Of a stretch of DNA of 64,000 nt, positions 9,354 through 19,758 are shown in pieces. Made by a program: the position numbers and the translations under genes. This DNA is from Escherichia phage fDHCT2, in the sequence record OR427838.1; one strand, 5' to 3'. The notes below the pieces were generated by a model, which saw only the letters and a program-made list of their open reading frames with translations, was not told where the DNA came from and did no database searches. How positions within the stretch are numbered: the stretch's first letter is position 1; every line of letters starts with the position of its first letter.

Positions 9354-10442
9354 ATGAAAGCAAAAGAACTTGACTTTGATGTAGCCTCCTTGTTTAAAGG
9401 AGGCTCAAAGACCTCCGCCGGCCAGTCTAAAGCTAAACCGGCCCAAACTACAGTAATGGCCCAATACCCGGCAGAAAGGGCCTCTGGCAATGATACCTCC
9501 ACAGATATGGTGTTAAGCGATTTATATAAAAATGGATTACTTTTTACGGCATATAATTTTAGCTCTCGTGTATCACCTGATTTGCGTAATGACCGATCAA
9601 GTCAAATGTCTAAAAAGTTTTCAAAAGCTGCTAGTAAGCTTACCGGCAATACCGGAGGATTCAGCGCGGTTAAAAACTTGTTCAGTAATAACTCTAAGGG
9701 AGTTAAATTTGACAACCAAGCTTTGGCAAATATTTTACTCCCACGTTCTAAATCTGACGTAGATTCGGTGTCGCATAAATTTAATGATGTCGGTGAATCA
9801 TTAATTACTAAAGGTGGTGGTACTGCTACAGGTATTTTAAGTAACATTGCAAGTACTGCTGTATTTGGTGCATTGGAATCTGTAACTAACGGGGTAATGG
9901 CTGATTCAGGTGAACAGATATACACTACCGCCCGTAGTATGTATGCAGGGCCGGATAACCGTACTAAGGTATTTACCTGGGAAATGACCCCACGAAACGC
10001 CCAAGACCTTATCCAGATTATTAAAATATATGAAATCTTCAACTATTATTCTTATGGCGAAACAGGTAATTCGGCTTTCGCAGGTGAATTAAAAGAGAAG
10101 ATTGATACTTGGTATCGTTCTACGTTTAAAAAAGAAGCTATTGACAAGTTTGATGGTAAGCTATTAGGGGAAAGTATTACAAGCTTCCTTTCTAATGTTA
10201 TTGTGGTAAGTAACCCGACCATTTGGTATATCCGAAACTTTGGCGATAGCAGTTCATATGATGGTCGTGAAGATATTTTTGGTCCATGCCAAATCCAGAG
10301 TATCCGTTTTGATAAAACTCCGGACGGCCATTTTAACGGATTGGCTATTGCTCCTAACTTACCATCTACGTTTAGTTTAGAAGTTACTTTCCGTGAAATC
10401 ATTACTTTGAACCGTGGCTCACTTTATACGGAAGGATTCTAA
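9354..10442 (+). CDS. 48: Baseplate tail-tube junction protein gp48
   Basis: 362 aa (T4 gp48 364 aa), syntenic. Confidence 0.85.
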   Translation: MKAKELDFDVASLFKGGSKTSAGQSKAKPAQTTVMAQYPAERASGNDTSTDMVLSDLYKNGLLFTAYNFSSRVSPDLRNDRSSQMSKKFSKAASKLTGNTGGFSAVKNLFSNNSKGVKFDNQALANILLPRSKSDVDSVSHKFNDVGESLITKGGGTATGILSNIASTAVFGALESVTNGVMADSGEQIYTTARSMYAGPDNRTKVFTWEMTPRNAQDLIQIIKIYEIFNYYSYGETGNSAFAGELKEKIDTWYRSTFKKEAIDKFDGKLLGESITSFLSNVIVVSNPTIWYIRNFGDSSSYDGREDIFGPCQIQSIRFDKTPDGHFNGLAIAPNLPSTFSLEVTFREIITLNRGSLYTEGF

Positions 10443-11371
10443 TGTATACTTTACAAGAATTTCAGAACCAGGCAATTAATATTGACCTACAGAGGAATAA
10501 CCTGTTTAGTGTAGTATTTGCTACGGTTCCTTCTTCTAAATCCCAAGCGCTCCTCGACCAGTTCGGTGGAGCTTTATTTAACAATATCCCATTGAATAGC
10601 GATTTGTTTGGTATTACACAAGGAGAGTTGACCCAAGGTGTTACGACATTAGTGACAGCGGGCACTCAGAAGTTGATTCGTAAGTCAGGCATAAGTAAAT
10701 ATCTGATTGGAGCTATGTCATCCAGGGTTGTGCAGAGCTTACTAGGAGAGTTTGAAGTAGGTACATATCTGATGGATTTTTTCAATATGGCCTATCCTAC
10801 GGCAGGTCTTTTAGTCCACGCCGTTAAAATCCCGGATAATACTTTGAACTATGAAATGGATTTGAACCACAACTCGCCTAACATCAAAATTACCGGAAGA
10901 GAATATTCTCCATTGGTATTAAGCTTCCGTATGGATTCTGAAGCTGCTAACTACCGTGCTTTTAATGATTGGGTCAACAGTGTTCAAGACCCTATTACAC
11001 AATTAAGAGCATTACCGGAGGATGTTGAAGCTGACATTCAAGTCAACCTTCATTCTCGTAATGGATTACCCCATACAGTAGTAATGCTTAACGGGTGCGT
11101 TCCTGTGGGTGTTTCATCGCCGGAATTATCTTATGATGGCGATAACCAGATTGCTTCGTTTGATGTTACATTTGCTTATAGAAGTGTTCAGACAGGTTCA
11201 GTTGGTAAACAAGCCGCTTATGAGTGGTTGGAAGATAAGATTATTAAAGGCGTGGCGGGTATAAGTGAGAGCAATTCGCTGAGTTCTTCAGTGGCCAAAT
11301 TAAGTAGACTTTCAGGAGCTTCTAGTGGATTAACAGGATTGGTTAATAGTAGAATATCGAGGTTGCTATAG
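10442..11371 (+). CDS. 54: Baseplate tail-tube initiator gp54
   Basis: 309 aa, syntenic with T4 gene 54; ATGT overlap with gene 48 stop. Confidence 0.85.
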   Translation: MYTLQEFQNQAINIDLQRNNLFSVVFATVPSSKSQALLDQFGGALFNNIPLNSDLFGITQGELTQGVTTLVTAGTQKLIRKSGISKYLIGAMSSRVVQSLLGEFEVGTYLMDFFNMAYPTAGLLVHAVKIPDNTLNYEMDLNHNSPNIKITGREYSPLVLSFRMDSEAANYRAFNDWVNSVQDPITQLRALPEDVEADIQVNLHSRNGLPHTVVMLNGCVPVGVSSPELSYDGDNQIASFDVTFAYRSVQTGSVGKQAAYEWLEDKIIKGVAGISESNSLSSSVAKLSRLSGASSGLTGLVNSRISRLL

Positions 11372-11375
11372 CAAA

Positions 11376-11399
11376 AAAGGAGAGCGTACGCTCTCCTTT
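11376..11399. terminator. Bidirectional intrinsic terminator (perfect 24-nt palindrome)
   Basis: aaaggagagcgtacgctctccttt between convergent gene 54 (+) and the minus-strand alt-side operon; A-run upstream and T-run downstream on both strands. Confidence 0.7.
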
Positions 11400-11405
11400 A
11401 GGGGT

Positions 11406-11696
11406 TTACTTACGGAACGAAATGAAACCTGCTGCAGTCATTAATGGCTGCTTTTTAACAAAGACTGTAATAGAAATAGGAGCTTCAGATTCGAGTTGTC
11501 CTGTCACTACACCGTTAAAAATGTTTTCGGTTTGTTCTGGATAAGAAAAATTCTCAACAGGTCGGATATCAAACTGTTTGTCTTCACCAAAAACTCGACG
11601 TAATTCATTACCTACGGCACTGTCAAACTCTTCGGAAGCAGGGATAACGTTTTCAACTACCAGTTCTTGACCATTAAAACGGAATGCAGATTTCAT
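11406..11696 (-). CDS. Hypothetical protein (96 aa)
   Basis: ORF with early promoter and SD GAGGAGAACATT upstream; terminator downstream. Confidence 0.55.
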   Translation of the reverse strand: MKSAFRFNGQELVVENVIPASEEFDSAVGNELRRVFGEDKQFDIRPVENFSYPEQTENIFNGVVTGQLESEAPISITVFVKKQPLMTAAGFISFRK

Positions 11697-11724
11697 AATG
11701 TTCTCCTCATGTTTGTGTAAGGTA

Positions 11725-11754
11725 ATAGTACCACATCCTTGTGGTGTTGTAAAC
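11725..11754 (-). promoter_or_regulatory. T4-type early promoter (minus strand)
   Basis: Minus strand: GTTTAC-18 bp-TACTAT; spacer contains inverted repeat ccaca/tgtgg. Confidence 0.5.
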
Positions 11755-13877
11755 TACATTTTGAATTTATTTGATAAAGAAGAGATATCCAAAGACGCTG
11801 CAAGGATTTCCATAGCTTCGTTGCTTTCAGAAACGGATTCATTAACCAAGAATTGTCTAAATCCATCCATCAGGCGAACTTCACCAGTTTCCATCAAATG
11901 GTCACCATCGTAAACAGATTCGCTGAGCTCTGAAAGAGGTGTTACGGTAGCTTCCATAAGGTATTTGTGAGATACTCTATCATTCATGGCAAAAGCCGCT
12001 ACTTTATCAACCTTCAACAATAATCCGCGCGGAAGGATAATTTCTGCTTCTTCGGCATATTCTGTAAGGTCACCAGGAGCGATAACTTTAACTGCTTCAG
12101 CACCTCGAATAACCATACCAATTTCAGCAATTCTATCCGCAGGACCTTCAGGTGCAATTGGATTACCGAACTCGTCTTCTTCCCATTCTACCTCTTCGTC
12201 ATCGACTTCACCCACATCAGATGAACTACCGCTAGCCAATTTAAACAACTCATCAGCGGAGGATAAAGAACCTTCGCCGCCAACAAAAACGGCTTGGTTG
12301 TCGAGGGCCATATAATTTTTACCAAATTCACCAAAGATGTTAGGCTTTAATGAGGCTGACACAAAGTTCTTAAAGTAAAATGTTTTGTTATCGATATTAT
12401 GGCGCAGAATTTTGTATGGCAAATCCTGACCACGATACAAAATAGTACCCTTAGGAAGTTTAATACCCTTAGTAAATGCTGAGTCTAAATCCTTAATCAA
12501 TTTAATAGCCGTTGTATTGTTTTCGGATTCAGGTTTACCTAAAAGGAATAAGTTCATAGGAGCATATTCAGCCGCGCAATATTCAATAATAGCATTGCTT
12601 TCGTCTTTGGTTAGGTCCTTAGGTTTAATGAGCTCGCCTGAATAAGCATATGCATCACTAATAGAATCGTTAACCAGTTTATAAACGGCTTCCATAGCGA
12701 AAGCAATTCGAGAGGCCTTTTCTGAAGGGGAACCCTTAAAACGGGTACTCAGGTTATTAACAATTTTCTTAATAATATCCAGACTATTGGTTGTATTGAT
12801 TTGCGAAAGACCACTTAAAAGTCTATCGACTTCTGTATTAAAAAATGCCATATTATTAGAGTAAATTTCAAACCCTTGTTTATCTCTATTAGCATAATTT
12901 AGTTTAAATTTACTATCAGTCATTAAAGCGTGTGTGAGAGCAATAGTGTATCTAAAGTTGGCAAGGTCCTCGCTCTTAGATTTAAACTGAGAAGCCTGGC
13001 GCATTTTAGTAATAGCACCTTTTTTAAAGTTCTGGCTAATCTGTTCAATACCTTCATTCTCAGGGCCTTCAGCCGTGTGAACCGGTACAGAAGCTTCAAA
13101 CTCGTTATAAACCTGCAATTCTTTAGGGGACAAAGTTTCAGGCTCAGCAGTAGAATACTGCGCGGCTGCTGCCATACGACGGGAAATCTTAGTACGGGTA
13201 ATGACAGACTTATCAGTACGTTTCTCTTCAACTTGTGCAATAGATGCCGCTACTGCTTCGACCTTACTTACGGCCTGGCCGGTTTTCTTAGAAACATACA
13301 CTTCGCCAACTTTAGACTCAACTTTAGTATAAAGATCGGCATTAATTTCAGGCATACCCTTGATATCTTCAATATTAGCACCACGACGTACTAAAAGAAC
13401 GTAGGTATGTTTTCCGCTGAATTGGAACATGTCGTCAACAACTTTAAACTTACCACCGGTACGAGCCATAGCCAAACGAGCTAATACGCGCTGAACGGTA
13501 GGGCCTTTACCTTTCATTTTCTTAGTAGGGAAACGGAATAAAACCGCGTCCATTTTAAGTTTGTTTATTTGTTCATATATGGTATCGAAAATGGTGTTCA
13601 GTGTACCGAGTGGATCGGTACCCAAACCGCCCTTGAGTTCTGCCGGAGCGCCTTTAGCAGATAAACTCATTAAGATAACATGGACGTACTTATCGCCCGC
13701 CTTAACCATCTTAATAGCGTCGCCTTCAGACGCATAAGATACCATACGTGCTACTAAATTGTCATTACCAGGAGCATGTACCGCAAAAATCTGCGGTACG
13801 CCTGAGCCAGGTTTAAGATTTGTTACTGGGTAATTTTTTTTATCGCTTTTATCAAAAACTTCGTTTAAATTTTCCAT
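11754..13877 (-). CDS. Alt-like ADP-ribosyltransferase paralog (707 aa), predicted capsid-packaged
   Basis: N-terminal about 230 aa nearly identical to the two upstream copies; C-terminal ART-like motifs YRGQ, SAS, EAEIILPRG; unique central and extreme C-terminal regions. Confidence 0.75.
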   Translation of the reverse strand: MENLNEVFDKSDKKNYPVTNLKPGSGVPQIFAVHAPGNDNLVARMVSYASEGDAIKMVKAGDKYVHVILMSLSAKGAPAELKGGLGTDPLGTLNTIFDTIYEQINKLKMDAVLFRFPTKKMKGKGPTVQRVLARLAMARTGGKFKVVDDMFQFSGKHTYVLLVRRGANIEDIKGMPEINADLYTKVESKVGEVYVSKKTGQAVSKVEAVAASIAQVEEKRTDKSVITRTKISRRMAAAAQYSTAEPETLSPKELQVYNEFEASVPVHTAEGPENEGIEQISQNFKKGAITKMRQASQFKSKSEDLANFRYTIALTHALMTDSKFKLNYANRDKQGFEIYSNNMAFFNTEVDRLLSGLSQINTTNSLDIIKKIVNNLSTRFKGSPSEKASRIAFAMEAVYKLVNDSISDAYAYSGELIKPKDLTKDESNAIIEYCAAEYAPMNLFLLGKPESENNTTAIKLIKDLDSAFTKGIKLPKGTILYRGQDLPYKILRHNIDNKTFYFKNFVSASLKPNIFGEFGKNYMALDNQAVFVGGEGSLSSADELFKLASGSSSDVGEVDDEEVEWEEDEFGNPIAPEGPADRIAEIGMVIRGAEAVKVIAPGDLTEYAEEAEIILPRGLLLKVDKVAAFAMNDRVSHKYLMEATVTPLSELSESVYDGDHLMETGEVRLMDGFRQFLVNESVSESNEAMEILAASLDISSLSNKFKM

Positions 13878-13880
13878 TAT

Positions 13881-15929
13881 TTACCCTTGGGTGAATTTTT
13901 CTGGGGTTTCGTCAAAATTAATACATGAAGCTAAAATAGGCATTATATCCACCTTGGTCGATTTGACGAATGAATCAAAAGACACAGGGTTGTCGGTCTC
14001 TGTTTCTACGCCTTGGTAAACAACCAATTCGCCGGTTTCCATCAATGCATCACCATCGTAGATAACCGCATTTTCTGCTAGTTGGTCTGTGGTCTGGATA
14101 TCAGCTTCCAATAATTTGGTGTTGTAGTTTCCTTTATATGAGGCATCTGTAATTTTAGTAATCTTAACAGTAGTTCCACGTGGAAGAATAACCTCTTGTT
14201 CTGTTGGAGAACCTGACAATTCACCAGGCACAATTACGTTAATAGAGTCTGCACCGGAAATTTTCCAGCCGACGTTCATCATTGTATTTTCGGAACTCGT
14301 CAGCATACTTGGAAGAACAATTTCATTATCGCCTTGGAAAGATGTCCCAACGCGATAGTCCTGATGAACTGCGGCCATTGCGACGTTTGATACCCAGCCA
14401 CCAAAGATAATCGGCTTAAGGGACGTTGATACATAGTTCCTGAAATAAAACAATTTTGAGTGTTTGATTTTATCAAAAGTGTTAACATTTAAATATTGAC
14501 CACGCCAAAGTGTAATATCAGGTGGCAATTTATGGCCAATTTCAAATGCCGCGTCCATATCATTAATTACTTCAATTACACGCTGACTATCAATGAATTC
14601 TGCATCCTCTTCATAATAATTACCCAACAAATAATTATTAACATCGGTATAATATTGGCCGCAATAAGAAGAAATAGCCTCACGCTGCTCATACTCAAAT
14701 CGATTATCGCTATAACTGGCTGTAAAATGCATAACACTTTCTGACGCTTCATTAGCAAAGTCGGTAACAGCAGCACTTATACGTTGAGCATACTCTTGTT
14801 CCCAAAGCTCTGCTGCATAAGTGGCTGCATCCAGGTTAGGAGGAGCCTCATTCATTTTTCTTTCGATAAATGCAGCTTTGCGAAGGTTAAGAACCTCTGC
14901 ACATGATTCGGCAAAAATCTGCATCTGCTTCATACTGCCGACAGGAGCACGTTTAAGTTCACGATGCATACGGTTAAAAATTGGGTCAGAGTCTTCGACC
15001 CGAATTTCTTCTTTCCAAACACCGTTTGCTCGCATAGCCATATCTGCCGCGCGCATACGCTCCATAGTATTCGTTTCAGAAGGTTGAATAAAAATTTCTA
15101 GTTCTTCATAATCATCGATAAGTTCCGCTGTTGCTGGGGCACTAAATTTTGATGCCTCTGCATCAATCTCATTCCAACCTTCCGGAACTTCATCTCGAGG
15201 AGAATACTGGGCTGCGGCTACAGCACGCCTAGAAATCTTGGTAGTGGTAATAACAGCCTTATCCGTACGTTTTTCTTCGACTGCCGCTATACTAGCAGAT
15301 AGTGCTTCTATTTTGGTTACTGATTGGCCTGTTTTCTTGGATACATAAACCTCACCAACTTTAGACTCAACCTTAGTGTAAAGGTCTGCATCAATTTCAG
15401 GCATACCTTTTATGTCCTCAATATTAGCTTGTTTACGAACCAGTAAAACGTATGTATGTTTGCCTGTAAATTGATACATATCATCGACAACTTTAAACTT
15501 GCCGCCAGTACGAGCCATCGCCAATCGTGCCAATACACGTTGAACAGTAGGACCCTTACCTTTCATTTTCTTGGTAGGGAACCGGAAAAGAACTGCATCC
15601 ATTTTAAGTTTGTTTACTTGTTCGTATACAGTATCAAAAATGGTATTCAGCGTACCAAGTGGGTCAGAACCTAACCCGCCTTTCAGCTCGGCTGGGGTAC
15701 CCTTAGCAGACAAACTCATCAAAATAACATGAACATATTTGTCGCCAGGCTTAACCATTTTAATAGCGTCTCCTTGAGACGCATAAGATACCATACGAGC
15801 CACCAGATTATCATTACCTGGTGCTTGGATAGAGAAAATCTGTGGAACACTGGAACCCGGTTTAAGATTTGTTACTGGATAGTTTTTAGCGGAATCACTA
15901 TCAAAAACCTCGTTTAAATTTTCCATCAT
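13881..15929 (-). CDS. Alt-like ADP-ribosyltransferase paralog (682 aa)
   Basis: Shares N-terminus with neighbours; motifs WRGQ, STS, EQEVILPRG; C-terminal tail ..PEKFTQG shared with alt. Confidence 0.8.
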   Translation of the reverse strand: MMENLNEVFDSDSAKNYPVTNLKPGSSVPQIFSIQAPGNDNLVARMVSYASQGDAIKMVKPGDKYVHVILMSLSAKGTPAELKGGLGSDPLGTLNTIFDTVYEQVNKLKMDAVLFRFPTKKMKGKGPTVQRVLARLAMARTGGKFKVVDDMYQFTGKHTYVLLVRKQANIEDIKGMPEIDADLYTKVESKVGEVYVSKKTGQSVTKIEALSASIAAVEEKRTDKAVITTTKISRRAVAAAQYSPRDEVPEGWNEIDAEASKFSAPATAELIDDYEELEIFIQPSETNTMERMRAADMAMRANGVWKEEIRVEDSDPIFNRMHRELKRAPVGSMKQMQIFAESCAEVLNLRKAAFIERKMNEAPPNLDAATYAAELWEQEYAQRISAAVTDFANEASESVMHFTASYSDNRFEYEQREAISSYCGQYYTDVNNYLLGNYYEEDAEFIDSQRVIEVINDMDAAFEIGHKLPPDITLWRGQYLNVNTFDKIKHSKLFYFRNYVSTSLKPIIFGGWVSNVAMAAVHQDYRVGTSFQGDNEIVLPSMLTSSENTMMNVGWKISGADSINVIVPGELSGSPTEQEVILPRGTTVKITKITDASYKGNYNTKLLEADIQTTDQLAENAVIYDGDALMETGELVVYQGVETETDNPVSFDSFVKSTKVDIMPILASCINFDETPEKFTQG

Positions 15930-18014
15930 TTACCCTTGGATGAATTTTTCTGGGATGTCATAGAGGTCTATGCATGAAGCCAAAAGAGGCAATACATCAA
16001 ACCGTGTAGATTTAACAAATGAATCAAAAGATACAGGGCTTTCGGAAGTATCGAAGTCATCTTGATATACGACCAACTCGCCGGTTTCCATTAGTACGTC
16101 ACCATCATATACCACAGATTCTTGAAGCTCATCTGTTGTCATAACTTCAGCTTGGATGAGTTTTGTATTACTAGATGTTGTTCCATCATTATTAGAAGAA
16201 TCTGTTATTTTATTAACTTTGACCATTAATCCACGCGGTAGAATAACTTCGGCTTCAGTTGCTATTCCGAGATTTCCTGGATATACGACATTAACTTTAT
16301 GAGCCCCATCAATAGCCCATCCTATTTGAACTTTAACATAATCAGGATTTTCTTTATATGCTCTTATTTCATTAGGATTAATAGTTATTCCTTCTTCATT
16401 TTTATCGACTGTCAATTCATTGCGAACTTCCGGTTCTAAAAGACCAATACCTGCGTGGGTAACACCAAAACGTCCAAAAATGATAGGAGTTAAAGAAGTA
16501 GATACAAAATTTCTGAAATAGAACACTTTATTTTTAACTAGTGCTTCGTATATAGGAGCAGTCATACTCTGAGCACGATAAACTGTGATGCCCTCTGGTA
16601 TACGGTCGCCATTTTCAAAAGCAGAATCCAAATTATTAACCGCGGATTCGATATCTTTTTCGCTCATAACCTCATAGTTCTGAGGATTATAACGTCCTAA
16701 AAGAAGATTATTTATGTCTGTATATCCTGAACCACAATATTCTCTGATGCCGCGCTTTTGTGATGGGGTATATTTAGAGCCCTCACGAGCAATAGTAATA
16801 TCGACCATAATACCGCCACCCACACCAGCAAAACTATATACACGTTTTTTAATGAACTTGGTCTTGGCGGCTTTCCACTTCGCATCGGTCAATTCATTCC
16901 AGAGGTCGTCAGGTTGGCCTTTACGAGTTTTGTTATGCCAGGCCAGCCATTCACCTTTGTATTCTTCGAAAACGGTATTAATAGCAGAGGCATATTTTTC
17001 TAGAGCTTTAACAGATGTCAAAGGTTCGTTTTTGATGGCCGTAAGAATTTTATCTTTAATTTTCTCTTGGATTTCACCTATACCGTGAAGAGGAAACATT
17101 TTATAATCGTAATGCAATTCTTCAGCCGTGCCTTCAGCCACTATATTAGCAACCTTATTTTTAGCCGCAGGAGAATTGTTATTAGTAACCATTTCCTGAG
17201 CCTCAGGGATTAATGGAACTGTTGCAGGTTTATTAAAATCTGCTGCAGTAGCTTCATATTTCTTAAACAATTCACTTTCATTACGATAAGATTCCAATGA
17301 TTGGCTTGCTGCAATGGCGCGCCTAGAAATCTTAGTCTTGGTTATAACCATTTTATCAGTGCGACGTTCTTCAACCTTAGCAATACTGCTGGCAATAGCA
17401 GTTTCTTTAGTAACCTGCACACCTTCTTTTTTGGAAATATAAACTTCACCGACATCAGAATCTACCTTAGTATACAATTCAGCATTAATTCCAGGCATAC
17501 CTTTGATATCTTCGATATCAGCTTGTTTACGAACTACTAAGATGTAAGTATGTTTACCGGTAAATTGGTACATAGCCGGAACCACTTTAAAACGTCCACC
17601 GGTTTTCTGTGCTACCAAACGTTGGATAATCCGTTGGACAATAGGTCCTTGTCCTTTCATTTTCTTGGTAGGAAAACGGAACATCACGGCATCCATACGA
17701 AGCTTTTTAACTTGGTCATAAACCACATCAAAAATAGTATTAATCGCATCTACAGGAGTAGGGCCAAGGCCACCTTTAAGTTCGGCTGGAGTACCTTTAG
17801 CCGATAAGCTCATTAAAATTACATGAGCATATTTATCGCCTAATTTAACTTGTTTGATTGCGTCGCCTTCAGAAGCATAAGAAACCATACGTGCTACTAA
17901 TTGGGACTCTACGCCACCAATCTTCCAAATCTGCGGTACTTTAAGTTTAGGGTTCAAGTTTACTGTAGGCAGTGTGCCTTCGGACTCAAACACTTCATTT
18001 AATTGTTCGGTCAT
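15930..18014 (-). CDS. alt: Alt ADP-ribosyltransferase (closest to T4 Alt), 694 aa
   Basis: Full-length similarity to recalled T4 Alt (SQSLESYR.., SKYTPSQKRGIREYCGSGYTDINN, YRAQ, FVSTSL, EAEVILPRGLMVKVNKITD, ..KFIQG). Confidence 0.85.
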   Translation of the reverse strand: MTEQLNEVFESEGTLPTVNLNPKLKVPQIWKIGGVESQLVARMVSYASEGDAIKQVKLGDKYAHVILMSLSAKGTPAELKGGLGPTPVDAINTIFDVVYDQVKKLRMDAVMFRFPTKKMKGQGPIVQRIIQRLVAQKTGGRFKVVPAMYQFTGKHTYILVVRKQADIEDIKGMPGINAELYTKVDSDVGEVYISKKEGVQVTKETAIASSIAKVEERRTDKMVITKTKISRRAIAASQSLESYRNESELFKKYEATAADFNKPATVPLIPEAQEMVTNNNSPAAKNKVANIVAEGTAEELHYDYKMFPLHGIGEIQEKIKDKILTAIKNEPLTSVKALEKYASAINTVFEEYKGEWLAWHNKTRKGQPDDLWNELTDAKWKAAKTKFIKKRVYSFAGVGGGIMVDITIAREGSKYTPSQKRGIREYCGSGYTDINNLLLGRYNPQNYEVMSEKDIESAVNNLDSAFENGDRIPEGITVYRAQSMTAPIYEALVKNKVFYFRNFVSTSLTPIIFGRFGVTHAGIGLLEPEVRNELTVDKNEEGITINPNEIRAYKENPDYVKVQIGWAIDGAHKVNVVYPGNLGIATEAEVILPRGLMVKVNKITDSSNNDGTTSSNTKLIQAEVMTTDELQESVVYDGDVLMETGELVVYQDDFDTSESPVSFDSFVKSTRFDVLPLLASCIDLYDIPEKFIQG

Positions 18015-18049
18015 AATAATTCCTCTTTAATAACCTTATTTATGCCAGA

Positions 18050-18067
18050 AAAGGCCCGAAGGCCTTT
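18050..18067 (-). terminator. UUCG-tetraloop terminator upstream of alt
   Basis: aaaggcccgaaggccttt; minus-strand RNA hairpin followed by UUUUCUGG; then SD AAAGAGGAA for alt. Confidence 0.6.
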
Positions 18068-18068
18068 A

Positions 18069-18251
18069 TTAAAGTACTAACAACGTACGGTACACTTCAA
18101 ATTTAGGACCCTTTTCATAGCGGTCGAAATTATCTTTAAAATCGGCGAACGCGATTTCATTTTCAAATTCAAGGACAATTTGGGACACTGTGGTGGAGAC
18201 ATCGCCACCTTCTTTATATCCAATAACCACGGTTTCTAAATAAGCTTTCAT
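18069..18251 (-). CDS. Hypothetical small protein (about 60 aa)
   Basis: ORF between ligase and alt; first codon of the long ORF appears to be TTG; start placed at ATG one nt after the ligase stop (alternative ATG at 18287). Confidence 0.4.
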   Translation of the reverse strand: MKAYLETVVIGYKEGGDVSTTVSQIVLEFENEIAFADFKDNFDRYEKGPKFEVYRTLLVL

Positions 18252-18252
18252 A

Positions 18253-19758
18253 TTATAGTCCAGTTTGAGACCAATCGCCAAATACATCTTCAAATGTATC
18301 AGCTTCTGTTTTATCGAAACGCCAACCTTTAATAATTGGAAGGAAAATACCTACAGTATCAGTACGTCCTTTAGAATGAACCCAACCATTACATTCGCAG
18401 TCAGCAATACGACCAATCAATTTACCTTCACGGGCTTGTTTCATAAGAAGTTCACGGTCTAAATCAGGACGGTCTTCTAATGGAATCAATACCTTTTTAC
18501 CTGATTTATCTTTCTTATGGGTGGTATCTTTAAAGCCTGAGCCACAGTCACTTGTAATTCGACGACAACGTGATACCAATTCGACACCGCCAAGTTTGTT
18601 AGGGTCCTTCGAGTGTTCATAATAACCCACTACTTCTAAAGCGATATCGATTACTTCTTTGAACTTGATAAGATTCTTAGAACGGCGGTTTTCCCAGTAG
18701 GAGTCCATGTTCTTAAGGATAATGCCTTCCAGGCCCTGGTCGACATATTTCTTATAAACGACTTTAGCTTCGTCAAGATTATTAACCCATTGCGTTTCTA
18801 TAGGCTCGGCACGTGTAAAACCTTCAGCCATTTGTACTAATGCCGCTAAACGAACATCGTATTTTTGACCTTTAATTTTGCCTTCAGAATAAACTTCATC
18901 CAGTGGAACAAAGTCCCATGCCTGTAATACCATACCATCAGCTTCAGCTGGAGTAATAGTTCCTTGAAGAGCTTTATTAGCCAAACCATTTGAAGTAGAA
19001 CGGTCGGCGACTGTCTGGAATTCCTTGGCTTTACTTAATTCCGGAAGTTCTTCATCAAACATACTAAACAAATCATTAGATGCTTTCGGTTCAACCTTAG
19101 GCGTGTGGTAAACTAATTCGCCATCAATCATAACACCATTAGGATGGCGCTGACGAGCTTCTTCAGTCATTTTAATAAGTTCGGCTGCAAGCTTAGTAAG
19201 CCCTTGATATTCATTACCACCGCGAGTAAGGAATGTTACCCCATCGTTACGAACTTCAGCAAAACAACGGGCACCGTCAGCTTTTAATTGAGCGAACGCC
19301 GGCCATTTAATATTTTTCTTAATTAGAGCTTCGTCATAAGAACTAGCCAACATTTGAGGTTGTTCAGGAATTAAACCTTTCCAAACCTTGTTAGCAATAG
19401 AAATCGATGCACCACATTCAAGGTCGCGCATCATTACACGACGTAGTACCTCAGCGTCTGGACCCTTGGCATCGGCGATAATTTGGGCAAGTTCTTCAAT
19501 AGCAGCATTACCTGTAATCTTACGGGTTGCTAGTGTGAACTCAGCGAAATCAAGAAGGTCTTCAAGTGTAATCATACCAAAGGATTGAGACGTAAATCCA
19601 GGTTCTGGCCACTTTTTGATGCCGTAGTTCAAACGACGGGTATAAGCCATACGATATACACGTTTCAGAAGCTCATTATCCTTTTCACGGGCAATAATAG
19701 CTTCTTTAGCTTTAGTAGAATCAATAGAAGCAATTTCGTTTAAAATATCTAAAATCAT
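18253..19758 (-). CDS. 30: ATP-dependent DNA ligase (gp30)
   Basis: 501 aa; strong similarity to recalled T4 DNA ligase incl. adenylation motif FAQLKADGARCF and C-terminal ..ECNGW..DGRTD..FEDVFGD. Confidence 0.95.
   Translation of the reverse strand: MILDILNEIASIDSTKAKEAIIAREKDNELLKRVYRMAYTRRLNYGIKKWPEPGFTSQSFGMITLEDLLDFAEFTLATRKITGNAAIEELAQIIADAKGPDAEVLRRVMMRDLECGASISIANKVWKGLIPEQPQMLASSYDEALIKKNIKWPAFAQLKADGARCFAEVRNDGVTFLTRGGNEYQGLTKLAAELIKMTEEARQRHPNGVMIDGELVYHTPKVEPKASNDLFSMFDEELPELSKAKEFQTVADRSTSNGLANKALQGTITPAEADGMVLQAWDFVPLDEVYSEGKIKGQKYDVRLAALVQMAEGFTRAEPIETQWVNNLDEAKVVYKKYVDQGLEGIILKNMDSYWENRRSKNLIKFKEVIDIALEVVGYYEHSKDPNKLGGVELVSRCRRITSDCGSGFKDTTHKKDKSGKKVLIPLEDRPDLDRELLMKQAREGKLIGRIADCECNGWVHSKGRTDTVGIFLPIIKGWRFDKTEADTFEDVFGDWSQTGL

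Noticed and set aside
12930-13394. 154-aa plus-strand ORF (and 12923-13240, 11986-12315) inside the Alt-like paralog
   Set aside because: Lies entirely antisense to a strongly supported ART gene; low-complexity, no start context; typical shadow ORF.
14496-15087. Plus-strand ORFs (14496-14744, 14821-15087) inside the second Alt-like paralog
   Set aside because: Antisense shadow ORFs.
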